NCBI GenBank assembly: GCA_028695135.1
Contig: JAQVJM010000001.1
Location: 13,718 to 77,717 of the forward strand
DNA: 64,000 bases
Reading direction: 5' to 3'
DNA from: Candidatus Moraniibacteriota bacterium
GTDB taxonomy: Bacteria; Patescibacteriota; Minisyncoccia; Moranbacterales; UBA9337
Part shown: positions 38,776 through 48,215 of the stretch, one piece after another
How the letters are laid out: each line of letters starts with the position of its first letter
How positions within the stretch are numbered: the stretch's first letter is position 1
The notes under the pieces: model-generated
What the model was told of the DNA's origin: nothing
What the model saw: the letters and a program-made list of their open reading frames with translations, nothing else
The model's database searches: none
Made by a program: the position numbers and the translations under genes

Positions 38776-40962
38776 TCATAGCCTTTTTCTTTTTAAAAGA
38801 AGAGAATTGGTCACTACTGAAACACTGCTCATTGCCATTGCCAAGCCGGCGAATTCCGCTTGCAATAAGCCGAAAGCGGCTATAGGGATTCCGATACTGT
38901 TATAAAAGAGTGCCCAGAAAAGATTTTGCTTAATTTTTTGCATAGTTTCCTTGCTGAGTTTTATTGACTTGGCGACATCTCTGGCATCATTTTTAACCAA
39001 CACGATATTTCCGGATTCGATTGCAATATCGGCTCCTTTGCCCATAGCAATTCCTACATCAGCTTGGGCCAGAGCGGGTGCGTCGTTTATGCCGTCTCCG
39101 ACCATGGCTACTATGGAAGTTTTTTGAATTTCCTTTATTTTTGATACTTTCTCTTCCGGAAGCACTTCGGAAATTACTCTTTTAATTTCCAGTTTCCTTC
39201 CGATAGCTTCAGCGGTGCGCCTGTTATCTCCGGTAAGCATCACGGATTCTATTCCCATGGCAGACAGTATTTTAATTGCGCTCTTGCTGCTTTCCTTGAT
39301 CTGATCACTTATCGCTATTATGCCGATGATATTGCCATTTTCGGCGCACAGCACTGCCGTCTTCCCTTCTTCTTCAAGGGATAATTTTTTCCCTTTGATA
39401 TTTTCAGATATGTCAATTGAATTATCCCGCATGAAATTTTCCGTTCCGATCAGTATTTTATTGTCGTTCAAAAATCCCTCTATGCCATGTCCCGGAGATG
39501 TTCTAAATCCCTGGGCATTTTCTAAGGATAATTTTTTTTCTTTGGCTTTATTTATAATAGCCTCTGCAAGCGGATGCTCGGATCTATTTTCTATAGAAGC
39601 TGATTTTCTGAGAATATTTTCTTCAGAATAACCTTCGAAAGATATGATATCAACTACCTCAGGGAAGCCTTTGGTCAGGGTACCGGTTTTATCGAAAACA
39701 ACGGTTTTGATTTTATTGGATATTTCAAGAGTTGCGCCATCGCGGATCAAAATTCCATTTTCAGCTCCTTTGCCAGTTCCGACAATGATGGCAGTGGGGG
39801 TGGCTAGTCCGAGAGCGCAAGGACATGCGATTACAAGAACTGCTGTAAAGGTGAGAAGGGCGGTTACAAAACTTGATCCTATAAAGAAGTACCAGACGAT
39901 AAAAGTTATAATCGCGATTACAATAACCGCCGGCACGAAATAGCCGGATATCTTATCTGCATATTTTTGGATAGGGGCTTTGGATCCTTGAGCTTCCTCG
40001 ACAAACTTGATAATTTGAGAAAGAATCGTATCTTTTCCAACCTTGGTGACCTCAAATTTAAAAGACCCGGTCTTATTTATCGTAGCGCCTATGACCGAAT
40101 CTCCGGCTTTTTTTTCCACAGGAATACTTTCTCCGGAGATCATAGATTCATCAATGCTTGAATGGCCTTCGATTATTTTTCCGTCCGCAGGTATTTTTTC
40201 TCCTGGGCGGACTATTACCATATCTCCCGGAGCGACCTCATCTAGCGGAATATCTATTTCTTCCCCATCTTTTTCTACCCGGGCGGTTTTGGCCTGAAGT
40301 CCCATTAGCTTTTTGATAGCGTCTCCCGCTTTTCCTTTGGCGCGAGCTTCAAGCCACTTCCCCAAAACTACGAAAGTAATAAGCAGAGCCGATGTCTCAT
40401 AGAAAACCTCTCCTTCGATCAAATAAGTCGTAGCTAAACTATAAAAGTAGGCGGCGCTTGTTCCGACAGCGATAAGGGTATCCATATTGGCGGTCTTATT
40501 CCTTAGTCCTATCCAGGTTCCTTTGTAAAATCGAAGGCCGATATAGAATTGGACTATCCCGGCAAGGACTGATTGCAAAACCTTGCTTTCAAATGACATA
40601 TTGTGAAAAATCATAGTCAAAAGAAGAATGGGAAATGATAAAAACAGACTGATTATGAACGTCAGCCTTTCTTTTTTTATTTCCGTTTCTGAACTTTTTG
40701 CGTGATGTGCATGGTTATGATCGCTTTCGGGATAAGCTTCATATCCTGCTTTCTTGACAGCCGATAAGACGGCTTTTGAATCTCTCTCGTTATTATATTC
40801 AACTGAAAGTTTTTCCGAAGCAAGATTCACATCGGCTTTCTTTATTTGAGGAAGCTTTTTCAGCTTATCTTCTATGGTAAAAACGCAGGAAGCGCAATGC
40901 ATTCCTTTTATAGAAAAAACTTCTTTGTCCTTCTTGTTTTTCATGATGATGTCTTTTGTCAT
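38776..40962 (-). CDS. copA: Copper-translocating P1B-type ATPase
   Basis: N-terminal HMA (GMHCASCV), CPC motif ([11 protein letters not shown]), DKTGTLT phosphorylation site, GDGINDAP; 728 aa. Confidence 0.93.
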   Translation of the reverse strand: MTKDIIMKNKKDKEVFSIKGMHCASCVFTIEDKLKKLPQIKKADVNLASEKLSVEYNNERDSKAVLSAVKKAGYEAYPESDHNHAHHAKSSETEIKKERLTFIISLFLSFPILLLTMIFHNMSFESKVLQSVLAGIVQFYIGLRFYKGTWIGLRNKTANMDTLIAVGTSAAYFYSLATTYLIEGEVFYETSALLITFVVLGKWLEARAKGKAGDAIKKLMGLQAKTARVEKDGEEIDIPLDEVAPGDMVIVRPGEKIPADGKIIEGHSSIDESMISGESIPVEKKAGDSVIGATINKTGSFKFEVTKVGKDTILSQIIKFVEEAQGSKAPIQKYADKISGYFVPAVIVIAIITFIVWYFFIGSSFVTALLTFTAVLVIACPCALGLATPTAIIVGTGKGAENGILIRDGATLEISNKIKTVVFDKTGTLTKGFPEVVDIISFEGYSEENILRKSASIENRSEHPLAEAIINKAKEKKLSLENAQGFRTSPGHGIEGFLNDNKILIGTENFMRDNSIDISENIKGKKLSLEEEGKTAVLCAENGNIIGIIAISDQIKESSKSAIKILSAMGIESVMLTGDNRRTAEAIGRKLEIKRVISEVLPEEKVSKIKEIQKTSIVAMVGDGINDAPALAQADVGIAMGKGADIAIESGNIVLVKNDARDVAKSIKLSKETMQKIKQNLFWALFYNSIGIPIAAFGLLQAEFAGLAMAMSSVSVVTNSLLLKRKRL

Positions 40963-41065
40963 AAGCGGGCAATTCTTATCGGAAGAATTATTATTGGAAA
41001 ATAATCCTGTTTTATTTATGTTTAGTTATACAATTACGCGGTTGCGGGATTATGCAACTATTAAA

Positions 41066-41106
41066 CCTTTGCCTACAACGGTGTTGGGTGCCCGTTGCAG
41101 GCAAAG
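41066..41106 (-). repeat. Hairpin 1 of three tandem covarying hairpins (conserved core caacggtgttgggtgcccgttgc)
   Basis: cctttgcctacaacgg-tgttgggtg-cccgttgcaggcaaag; the A.C mismatch on + becomes a G.U wobble on the minus-strand transcript. Confidence 0.7.
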
Positions 41107-41121
41107 ATTTAATATTATTCC

Positions 41122-41165
41122 GTCCCTATCTGCAACGGTGTTGGGTGCCCGTTGCAGATAGGGAC
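41122..41165 (-). repeat. Hairpin 2 of three tandem covarying hairpins (perfect 17-bp stem)
   Basis: gtccctatctgcaacgg-tgttgggtgc-ccgttgcagatagggac; the outer stem sequence differs from hairpins 1 and 3 but is fully compensated. Confidence 0.75.
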
Positions 41166-41238
41166 GTCTGATTTCAATAAGTCATTTTATATAACCAGAC
41201 GTCTTTTGTCTCCGAATAAAATGCTTATTATCAGATCC

Positions 41239-41274
41239 TTGCCTACAACGGTGTTGGGTGCCCGTTGCAGGCAG
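41239..41274 (-). repeat. Hairpin 3 of three tandem covarying hairpins
   Basis: ttgcctacaacgg-tgttgggtgc-ccgttgcaggcag; begins ~16 nt after the stop codon of the upstream (minus-strand) gene. Confidence 0.7.
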
Positions 41275-41289
41275 AAATCCGATAATTTT

Positions 41290-42687
41290 TTATTCGACGA
41301 CCTCTATGGTTCCCGAGACCATTCCCATCCAACAGCTGAATTTGAACTTTCCCGCCTGGGTTGGCAAGAACTCTTTTATGCTGGTTTCTCCCGGAGTCAG
41401 ATTTATCTGTCCGTTGAACAAATTTCTGGATATTATTGCGTTTGTGCATCCGCTGGTTCCCCTGTCTTCAATCCGCCATTCAACCGGTATGTTTTTCCTG
41501 ACTTTTATATAATTGGGAGAATATCCGGAAGATGTGGCTGTTGTTTTGACTATCTGCTTCCCGTTTTCTATCAAAGGGAGTCCATCTATATCTCTCAGGG
41601 CGCTCTTGCCTGATTTCTGGCTTAATCCCGGCTCTTCCTTTTGATTTTTTGCCAGATCGCTTGCGCTTGTAAATCCTAAAGCATTCAATTGGGAATTTAT
41701 ATTGAATAAAGCGAAAAAAACTATCAGAATTCCGGCGGTTTTTGAAAAAATCAAAGCGGTATTGTGGCTGCTTATAAATTTTACGCTGGTCAGTCCTATG
41801 AGGAGAAGGGAAGGGAGCGTGCCGATGGCGAACATGAGCATGATAAGGCCTCCTGATATGAAACTTCCCGATAGCAGAGCGAATCCTTGAGCGGTTATGG
41901 TGAATCCGCAAGGCAGAAAAAAAGTCAGCGCGCCTATGAGAAAGGGGGATCTATTTTTTTTGTTCTGCGGAGCGCCGAAAATTTTATCTGTTGCGGATTT
42001 GGGCAGAGCGATCCTTATTTTTTTAAGCTGTTTGATCCCGATCATTTGAAATCCGATGATTAACATTGCCGCTGAAACGATGAAGACCAGTATTGACGAA
42101 AAAGCGGGCGAAAGGGTGAATTTTTCTCCTATCGATCCAAGCATTCCTCCCAATAAAGCATAAGAAAACAATCTTCCGGAGTTGAATAATATTTGGGGCC
42201 TGATCCTTCTGAAATATTTTTTTTCATCTGAATAATCCTCGTCCCATTTCTTCGACAAGGAAAGGACTAGTCCTCCTACCAGAGCCGCGCAGCTGGATAT
42301 GCCGGCAACCAGCCCGAGAAACAGAAAGGCTGTCAAAGGAGATGCGGGGGACGCTTGCGCGATATTTGTGATTTCCGATTTATCCAGCAGGAAAAAAGCT
42401 GTTATCAATAAGGCGGAAATCAAAAAACTGATCGCAGTGCCTGAGGATTTTCCTTCTGTGCCAGGCTTATTTTCCGATAATCTGTAGTTGTTATTCCTCA
42501 AGGCCTTGTTAATTTCCGGAATGTTTATTTTATTTTTATATTGAATGGTGACTGAATTTTTTTTCTGTGAAACATCGGCAGAGCAAATATTGGGGATCTT
42601 TTCAAGCTCGTTCTTTATGATCAGTTCGCAGGAAGAACAACGCATCCCATCAATATATAATATTTTAGTTTTCATCGTTTGCCGCAA
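41290..42687 (-). CDS. HMA-domain / DsbD-like transmembrane / C-terminal cupredoxin-like fusion protein (putative copper handling)
   Basis: N-terminal MRCSSCE HMA motif; membrane core with GISSCAAL and FFLPCGFT Cys-containing helices; C-terminal beta-rich domain ending FKFSCWMGMVSGTIEV. Confidence 0.5.
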   Translation of the reverse strand: MRQTMKTKILYIDGMRCSSCELIIKNELEKIPNICSADVSQKKNSVTIQYKNKINIPEINKALRNNNYRLSENKPGTEGKSSGTAISFLISALLITAFFLLDKSEITNIAQASPASPLTAFLFLGLVAGISSCAALVGGLVLSLSKKWDEDYSDEKKYFRRIRPQILFNSGRLFSYALLGGMLGSIGEKFTLSPAFSSILVFIVSAAMLIIGFQMIGIKQLKKIRIALPKSATDKIFGAPQNKKNRSPFLIGALTFFLPCGFTITAQGFALLSGSFISGGLIMLMFAIGTLPSLLLIGLTSVKFISSHNTALIFSKTAGILIVFFALFNINSQLNALGFTSASDLAKNQKEEPGLSQKSGKSALRDIDGLPLIENGKQIVKTTATSSGYSPNYIKVRKNIPVEWRIEDRGTSGCTNAIISRNLFNGQINLTPGETSIKEFLPTQAGKFKFSCWMGMVSGTIEVVE

Positions 42688-42950
42688 ATCCTTATTACTT
42701 TTAAAAGTTCCTTTATTTTTTCTTTCTTGACTCTTTTGCCGGGTTTATCGATAGCTTCCAAGAAACAACCGTTAAGATGACCTTCCATGATCATCCGGTG
42801 AGCCGATTTTAACAGTCCGATTACGGCCAAGTTCTGAGTCATTATGTCGACGCAGTATCTATCTTCTTCTATCATCTTGATTATATTGTTTATCTGCCCG
42901 CGCGCTTTTTTAAAGCTGACAAGGGACTGTTTCTTTTTTGCGTTAGCCAT
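42672..42950 (-). CDS. csoR: CsoR/RcnR-family metal-sensing transcriptional repressor
   Basis: 92 aa; ...ARGQINNIIKMIEEDRYCVDIMTQ...H...EGHLNGC matches DUF156/CsoR architecture (Cys/His ligands); overlaps the downstream gene by 16 nt. Confidence 0.65.
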   Translation of the reverse strand: MANAKKKQSLVSFKKARGQINNIIKMIEEDRYCVDIMTQNLAVIGLLKSAHRMIMEGHLNGCFLEAIDKPGKRVKKEKIKELLKVIRICGKR

Positions 42951-42974
42951 TTGTTTGCTTATTTAATTGTTTAC

Positions 42975-43032
42975 CCAACATCCCCCCCTGGGGGTTGTGT
43001 GATGATAATATCATAATAAAAATTTTTGTCAA
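42975..43032 (-). promoter_or_regulatory. csoR promoter (minus strand TTGACA-16-TATTAT) with GC-rich pseudo-palindromic operator aacccccagggggggatgtt
   Basis: RC of 43027-43032 = TTGACA; RC of 43005-43010 = TATTAT; palindrome 42975-42998 lies between the -10 box and the start codon. Confidence 0.55.
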
Positions 43033-43132
43033 ATTCATCAATTTTTCATGATTTAAACGCTGGCCAATTCAAGATTTTTGTAATAGAATATGGTAAGACA
43101 GTCTGGCCTAATATTTAAACAAGCCCAAAAAT

Positions 43133-43525
43133 ATGGATGAAAAAAATAAGAAAATAATAATTGTTGCCGAAGATCAGCCTGAAGAGCTAAGCGCTCTTTC
43201 TGACAAATTGACTAACAGCGGTTTTGAAGTTGTGGGAACTTCCGATGGTGAAAAGTGTCTGGAGGCCGTTAAAAAAAACAGTCCGGATCTGATATTGCTG
43301 GATCTAGTAATGCCGAGAATGGGCGGCTTGGCGGTTCTCGAAGAATTAAAAAAAGATGAAAATCATAGATTTATTCCCGTTATCGTGCTTACCAATCTTG
43401 ACAGTCTGGGCGATATCCAAAAAGTCGCCGAAAGAGGAGTTCGCGACTATCTGATAAAAAGCGATTGGGATCTTGACGGGATAGTAGGGAAAATAAATGA
43501 TATATTAGGAACAAAGGAAAAATAA
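43133..43525 (+). CDS. Stand-alone response regulator receiver (REC) domain protein
   Basis: 130 aa, ...DLILLDLVMPRMGG...VIVLT...K CheY-like; no output domain and no adjacent kinase. Confidence 0.7.
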   Translation: MDEKNKKIIIVAEDQPEELSALSDKLTNSGFEVVGTSDGEKCLEAVKKNSPDLILLDLVMPRMGGLAVLEELKKDENHRFIPVIVLTNLDSLGDIQKVAERGVRDYLIKSDWDLDGIVGKINDILGTKEK

Positions 43526-43578
43526 ATATTATTTTTTCCTTTGTATTAATTAACGGGTAAATTCAATATTTTAAAATT

Positions 43579-44631
43579 ATGGAAAAAATCCTTCTGATGA
43601 TCCTCTTGGCGGCCATAGGGATCGTAATTTTTCTCCTGACGAAAAAGAAAGATTCGGGAGACAGCGATAAAATCGCGGCCATGATGGAAAGACTCTCGAC
43701 TCTTTCCGAAGAGAACAAGGATTTGCGCAATCTTGTGGATTGCAAGTTGTCTGAAACCCATAAGGCCAGCGCCCAAACTATCAAGGATATACACAGCCAG
43801 TCTGTCAGGCAGATCGAAAGCATAACCGAAAAATTGGCGAAATTAGAAAACACCAATAAGCAGGTAGTCGGCTTTTCCGAGCAGTTGAAAAATCTTCAGG
43901 ACATATTGCAGAATTCCAAGCAAAGAGGCGCGCTGGGCGAATATTTTTTGGAAACCACGATAAAGAATGTTTTGCCTCCGGAAAGCTACGAGTTCCAGTA
44001 TCCTTTTAAGGATGGATCGATCGTGGATGCTGTTATAAAATTGCCGGACGGGATAGTCCCAGTTGATTCTAAGTTCTCATTGGAAAATTACAACAAGATA
44101 TTGTCAGAGAAAGAGCCTCAACAGAAGAAAGAGTTAGAAAGGAAATTTAAGGAAGATCTTAAAAACAGAATAATGGAAACCAGCAAATACATAAAACCGA
44201 AAGAGGGAACCATGGATTTTGCCTTCATGTTTATCCCCTCAGAAGGAATATACTATGATCTGCTCATCTCAAAAATAGGAGTAGTCGACTCTAAAAATTT
44301 TTTGGAATACGCTTTTCGAGATAAAAAAGTCATAATTGTTTCTCCGACTACCCTACATGCCTATTTGCAGACCGTTATGCAAGGATTAAAATCTCTCAAG
44401 ATTGAGAAACAGGCGATGGAAATAGGAAAAAGAGTTGAAAATTTGCAAAGACATATAATAAAATATTCAACTTATCACCAAAAACTGGGAAATTCGATAT
44501 CTACCGTGGTCAATCATTACAACGAAACCAGCAAATCATTAAAGCAAGTGTCCAATGACACTATTAAAATTACCGAAGCGGGAGACGTTATCGAGGTGGA
44601 AGCCCTAGAGCGTCCGAAAATGGAAGATTAG
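43579..44631 (+). CDS. rmuC: DNA recombination protein RmuC homolog
   Basis: N-terminal TM, coiled coil, then ...GALGEYFLETTIKNVLP...YEFQY...DAVIKLPDG..VPVDSKF resembling the RmuC core. Confidence 0.6.
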   Translation: MEKILLMILLAAIGIVIFLLTKKKDSGDSDKIAAMMERLSTLSEENKDLRNLVDCKLSETHKASAQTIKDIHSQSVRQIESITEKLAKLENTNKQVVGFSEQLKNLQDILQNSKQRGALGEYFLETTIKNVLPPESYEFQYPFKDGSIVDAVIKLPDGIVPVDSKFSLENYNKILSEKEPQQKKELERKFKEDLKNRIMETSKYIKPKEGTMDFAFMFIPSEGIYYDLLISKIGVVDSKNFLEYAFRDKKVIIVSPTTLHAYLQTVMQGLKSLKIEKQAMEIGKRVENLQRHIIKYSTYHQKLGNSISTVVNHYNETSKSLKQVSNDTIKITEAGDVIEVEALERPKMED

Positions 44632-44697
44632 ATATATTATTGAAATATTTAATCTTCTTTGTTATTCTTAAAATCGTTAAGATTAAGGTTTAAGATA

Positions 44698-45570
44698 ATG
44701 AAAGTTACTTTGAGTAAATATGCCGGATTTTGCGACGGAGTGGAGAGAGCATACGAAATAGTCAAAGAAATTGCCAAAAAGCCGGATATAAAGAGGCCGA
44801 TTTTCATCTTGGGCTCATTGGTGCATAATGAGGATGTTGTTGAAAGTATCGAAAAGATGGGAATTGGTAAGATTGATTTTGACGGAAAAGTGGAAGAAAT
44901 CACCAAAAAAATTGATAAAAAAATAGGCACTTTAGTAATTACCGCTCATGGCATAGGTCCTAAGATATTTGAAATAGCCAGGAAAAAAGGAGTGGATATA
45001 GTGGATACGACCTGCCCGAAAGTGATAAAAGTTCAAAGATTAGCGCAAGCTTTTTTTGGGAGAAATCATCAGGTAATAATTATAGGGGAGGAAAAGCATA
45101 AAGAGGTCCAAGGGATACACCGTTGGGCGAGAAGGAAATCTTTTATCGTATCGAGCAAAGAAGATATAATGGGTTTAGAACTGGATATCTCAAGGCCGAT
45201 AACGGTCATTTCCCAAACTACCCAGAATAGAGACTGGGTCGAAGAAATGGCCGAGGCGATAAGCAAGAAATATCCCCAAGCGGAAATAATCGATACGGTA
45301 TGCTCGACGACTCGCGATAGGCAATCGGAGGCCAAAGAGCTTGCTCGTAGCAACGATCTGGTTCTGGTCATAGGTTCGCCTGCAAGTTCCAATTCAAACA
45401 GGCTTTGGGAAATTTCCAAGGATATAAACAGAAAGACTTATTTCATAGAAAGACTGGAAGACATAAAGGAAGAGTGGCTTGGCAATTGTGAAAAAATCGG
45501 AATTACGGCCGGGGCGTCTTCTCCAAGATGGGTTATAAGAGAAGTTGTCGAATATTTAAAAAAAGTCTAA
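44698..45570 (+). CDS. ispH: 4-hydroxy-3-methylbut-2-enyl diphosphate reductase
   Basis: ...GFCDGVERA..., ...LGSLVHNEDVV..., ITAHG..., TTCPKV, TVCSTTRDRQ; three conserved Cys for the Fe-S cluster; start trimmed to 44698. Confidence 0.85.
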   Translation: MKVTLSKYAGFCDGVERAYEIVKEIAKKPDIKRPIFILGSLVHNEDVVESIEKMGIGKIDFDGKVEEITKKIDKKIGTLVITAHGIGPKIFEIARKKGVDIVDTTCPKVIKVQRLAQAFFGRNHQVIIIGEEKHKEVQGIHRWARRKSFIVSSKEDIMGLELDISRPITVISQTTQNRDWVEEMAEAISKKYPQAEIIDTVCSTTRDRQSEAKELARSNDLVLVIGSPASSNSNRLWEISKDINRKTYFIERLEDIKEEWLGNCEKIGITAGASSPRWVIREVVEYLKKV

Positions 45571-45626
45571 ACTATCTTAGCGTCCTTAAATTTTTTGTAA
45601 ATAAAGGATTTACGGAACAAAAAAAT

Positions 45627-46946
45627 ATGGAAAGAACATTAATAGGCAAGACGCCGGATTTTATCGGAAAGAAAGTGAAAATTTCCGGGTGGGTTAGCAC
45701 TCGCCGTGATCATGGAAAGCTTGTTTTTATGGATATCCGAGACAGGAGCGGGCAGATTCAGACCATTGTCATTCCGGATAAGGAAAAGGCCCATAGTCTT
45801 GCCAAGGAAATCCGGAACGAATATATAGTGGAGATAGAAGGCCTGGTCAAAGAGAGGCCGGGAGGGTCGAGCAATGAAAAAGTGGATACGGGAGGGTTGG
45901 AGATAGAGGTTGAGAACATAAGCATAATTTCCAAGCCCAAAAAAGATCTTCCGGTGGATGTTTCCGAGGACAGGATGGATTTGAATATTGAGACTCTTCT
46001 CAATCATCGGGCTTTGGTTTTGCGAAACAGAAGGATAAGAGCCATTTTCAAAGTTTATGCGGAAATCCTAAAATCATATTCGGAGGCCATGAGAAAATTC
46101 GGATTTTTGGAAATAAAGTCTCCCAAAATACTCAATGCGGCTACTGAAGGCGGAGCAAATTTCTTTAAAATAAAATATTTCGAAAGAGACGCTTTCTTGG
46201 CGCAGAGTCCTCAATTTTATAAGCAATCCGGAGTAGGCGCTTTTGAGAGGGTTTTTGAGGTGGGATCGGTCTTTAGGGCCGAACCTCACTATACGACCAG
46301 GCATATAAACGAATATGTCGGCATGGATGCCGAAATGGGATTCATAGAAAGCTTTGAAGATATAATGGGCCAATTGGAAAAAGTGTTGATCGCCATGCTC
46401 AAGGACGTAAAAAATAATTGCAAAGAAGAATTGAAACTTTATGAAGCGGAAATTCCGGAAATAAAAACCATTCCCCGGATAAAATTGACAGAAGCTCTGA
46501 ATGTTTTGGAAAAGGAATTTGGGAAAAAAATGGACAAAGTGGATATCGATCCGGAAGGAGAAAGGCTTATCTGCCAATGGGCCAAGGAGAAATATGACAG
46601 CGATTTCATATTTTTGACGCATTATCCTTCGAGTATACGCCCCTTTTATACTATGCCGAGCAAGGATCCTCAATATACGGAGAGTTTCGACCTTCTTTTC
46701 AGAGGAGTCGAGATTGCTACGGGGGGGCAGCGCATCCATGATTATGACAAGCTTGTGGAAAGCATCAAAAAGCACAATCTCGATCCGAAAGACTTTAAGC
46801 ATTATTTGGATAATTTCCTTTTTGGAATGCCGCCTCATGGAGGATGGGGGATGGGAAGCGAAAGAATCGTGCAAAAAATTCTGGATTTAGACAATATAAA
46901 GGAGGCCGTTTTGTTTCCCAGAGACGTAAAGAGGCTCACTCCTTGA
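45627..46946 (+). CDS. aspS: Aspartate--tRNA ligase, archaeal/eukaryal type (AspRS2; possibly non-discriminating)
   Basis: N-terminal OB anticodon-binding fold (VKISGWVSTRRDHGKLVFMDIRD), class II motifs (FRAEPHYTTRHINEYVGMDAEMGF; GGWGMGSERIV), C-terminal FPRDVKRLTP typical of archaeal-type AspRS. Confidence 0.65.
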   Translation: MERTLIGKTPDFIGKKVKISGWVSTRRDHGKLVFMDIRDRSGQIQTIVIPDKEKAHSLAKEIRNEYIVEIEGLVKERPGGSSNEKVDTGGLEIEVENISIISKPKKDLPVDVSEDRMDLNIETLLNHRALVLRNRRIRAIFKVYAEILKSYSEAMRKFGFLEIKSPKILNAATEGGANFFKIKYFERDAFLAQSPQFYKQSGVGAFERVFEVGSVFRAEPHYTTRHINEYVGMDAEMGFIESFEDIMGQLEKVLIAMLKDVKNNCKEELKLYEAEIPEIKTIPRIKLTEALNVLEKEFGKKMDKVDIDPEGERLICQWAKEKYDSDFIFLTHYPSSIRPFYTMPSKDPQYTESFDLLFRGVEIATGGQRIHDYDKLVESIKKHNLDPKDFKHYLDNFLFGMPPHGGWGMGSERIVQKILDLDNIKEAVLFPRDVKRLTP

Positions 46947-46974
46947 TGCGGGGATAATTTTTTTAAACACAAAA

Positions 46975-48183
46975 ATGAAAATAAATCGATTCAAACATAA
47001 AGAAAAGGTAAATTATAAAAAACTCAACATAATAAACGCCCTGGCTTTTTTGATGGGTTTTTCGGGAGCGCTCTTGGCCTATGTCATATCCAGTTATCTT
47101 AAGGAAATTTTGGGAACGGATAATGTCGGATTCATATATTTCATAGCTTATTTCATAGTTTTGATACTGCTCTTAAATCTCCATAGGATAGTCAGAGTCT
47201 TTGGCAAATCTTTTACTCTGCAGCTTTCTATTATTTTAAAAATAATATCGATAACGGGAATATTATTTTCCGGATTTTCATTCTGGGGAATATTTTTTCT
47301 TATAATTTATACTATTGCGGGCACTTTGTCGTGGACGGCGATGGATACGATTGTCGAATCTTTTTCCAAAGACATAGAATCGGGAAGGATAAGGGGTATC
47401 CACTTGACTATTGCCAATGCGGGCTTCTTGATGGGCCCGCTTTTATCTTCGCAAGTTTTGGAGAGATATGATTTTTACGGAGTTTTTCTGATGTCCCTTA
47501 TAACTTATTCGGTAATTCTTATTATTTCCATAATAAGCCTGAGACGAACCAATCATAAATTTAGAGAAAAGATAGGGGCGATCAAGTTGCTCAAGAAAGT
47601 TTTAGAAAGGAAAAATATAATGAGAATCTATTATGTTTCTTTCGTCCTAGAGCTTTTTTACGCGCTGATGCTCATATATGCCCCGCTTTATCTTTTAAGC
47701 AAGGGTTTTTCTTGGGATCAGCTAGGAATCGCTTTCACCATAATGCTTGTTCCTTTTGTTCTCATACAATATCCTATGGGAATATTGGCGGACAAGAAAA
47801 CCGGAGAAAAAGAATTTTTGCTCTTATCTTTTCTTATTCTGGGGATATCCACGTTGATCTTTTATTTTTCCGACAGTGCGGATATAATGGTTTGGGCGAC
47901 GATTCTTCTTTTGGGGAGGATAGGCGCGGCATTAGTGGAAATATTGAGGGAGTCCTATTTTTATAAAAGAGTAGACGGTGATAATGTCGATATAATAAAT
48001 TTTTTCAAGACGGCTCGTCCCGTAGCTTATATCATAGCGACATTTTTTTCCAGCATCCTTTTGTACTTTTTTGACTTGAAATCAATATTTCTTTTCATAA
48101 CCGTCGCTTGTTTCTCGGCAATTTATCCGACTTTCAGGCTTATGGACAACAAATCGGAAAAAGAGATTTTAAAGATGAATTGA
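46975..48183 (+). CDS. MFS-type transporter
   Basis: 402 aa, ~12 TM, two 6-TM halves separated by a charged loop. Confidence 0.5.
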   Translation: MKINRFKHKEKVNYKKLNIINALAFLMGFSGALLAYVISSYLKEILGTDNVGFIYFIAYFIVLILLLNLHRIVRVFGKSFTLQLSIILKIISITGILFSGFSFWGIFFLIIYTIAGTLSWTAMDTIVESFSKDIESGRIRGIHLTIANAGFLMGPLLSSQVLERYDFYGVFLMSLITYSVILIISIISLRRTNHKFREKIGAIKLLKKVLERKNIMRIYYVSFVLELFYALMLIYAPLYLLSKGFSWDQLGIAFTIMLVPFVLIQYPMGILADKKTGEKEFLLLSFLILGISTLIFYFSDSADIMVWATILLLGRIGAALVEILRESYFYKRVDGDNVDIINFFKTARPVAYIIATFFSSILLYFFDLKSIFLFITVACFSAIYPTFRLMDNKSEKEILKMN

Positions 48184-48215
48184 ATTTTTTAATTTGTAAA
48201 AAATATTTGAAAAAT

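Noticed and set aside
41041-41050. tgcgggat 8-mer shared between the copA upstream region and the GTGCGGGATGCT ribosomal-protein leaders
   Set aside because: Only 8 nt are shared and the flanks differ. It is likely coincidence.
41060-41280. Possible CRISPR array (three ~29-bp repeats ctacaacggtgttgggtgcccgttgcagg)
   Set aside because: Only three copies with irregular spacing (~26 and ~85 bp). The repeats are not identical (ctacaacgg versus ctgcaacgg) and each is embedded in its own longer compensated palindrome. No cas genes are nearby. It is better explained as tandem structured hairpins.
40874-41613. Plus-strand ORFs 40874..41161 and 41152..41613 containing a thrice-repeated PTTVLGARCR peptide
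   Set aside because: They overlap the copA 5' end and the upstream gene's 3' end on the opposite strand. The repeated peptide is simply the translation of the hairpin repeat. There is no RBS and the codon usage is atypical.
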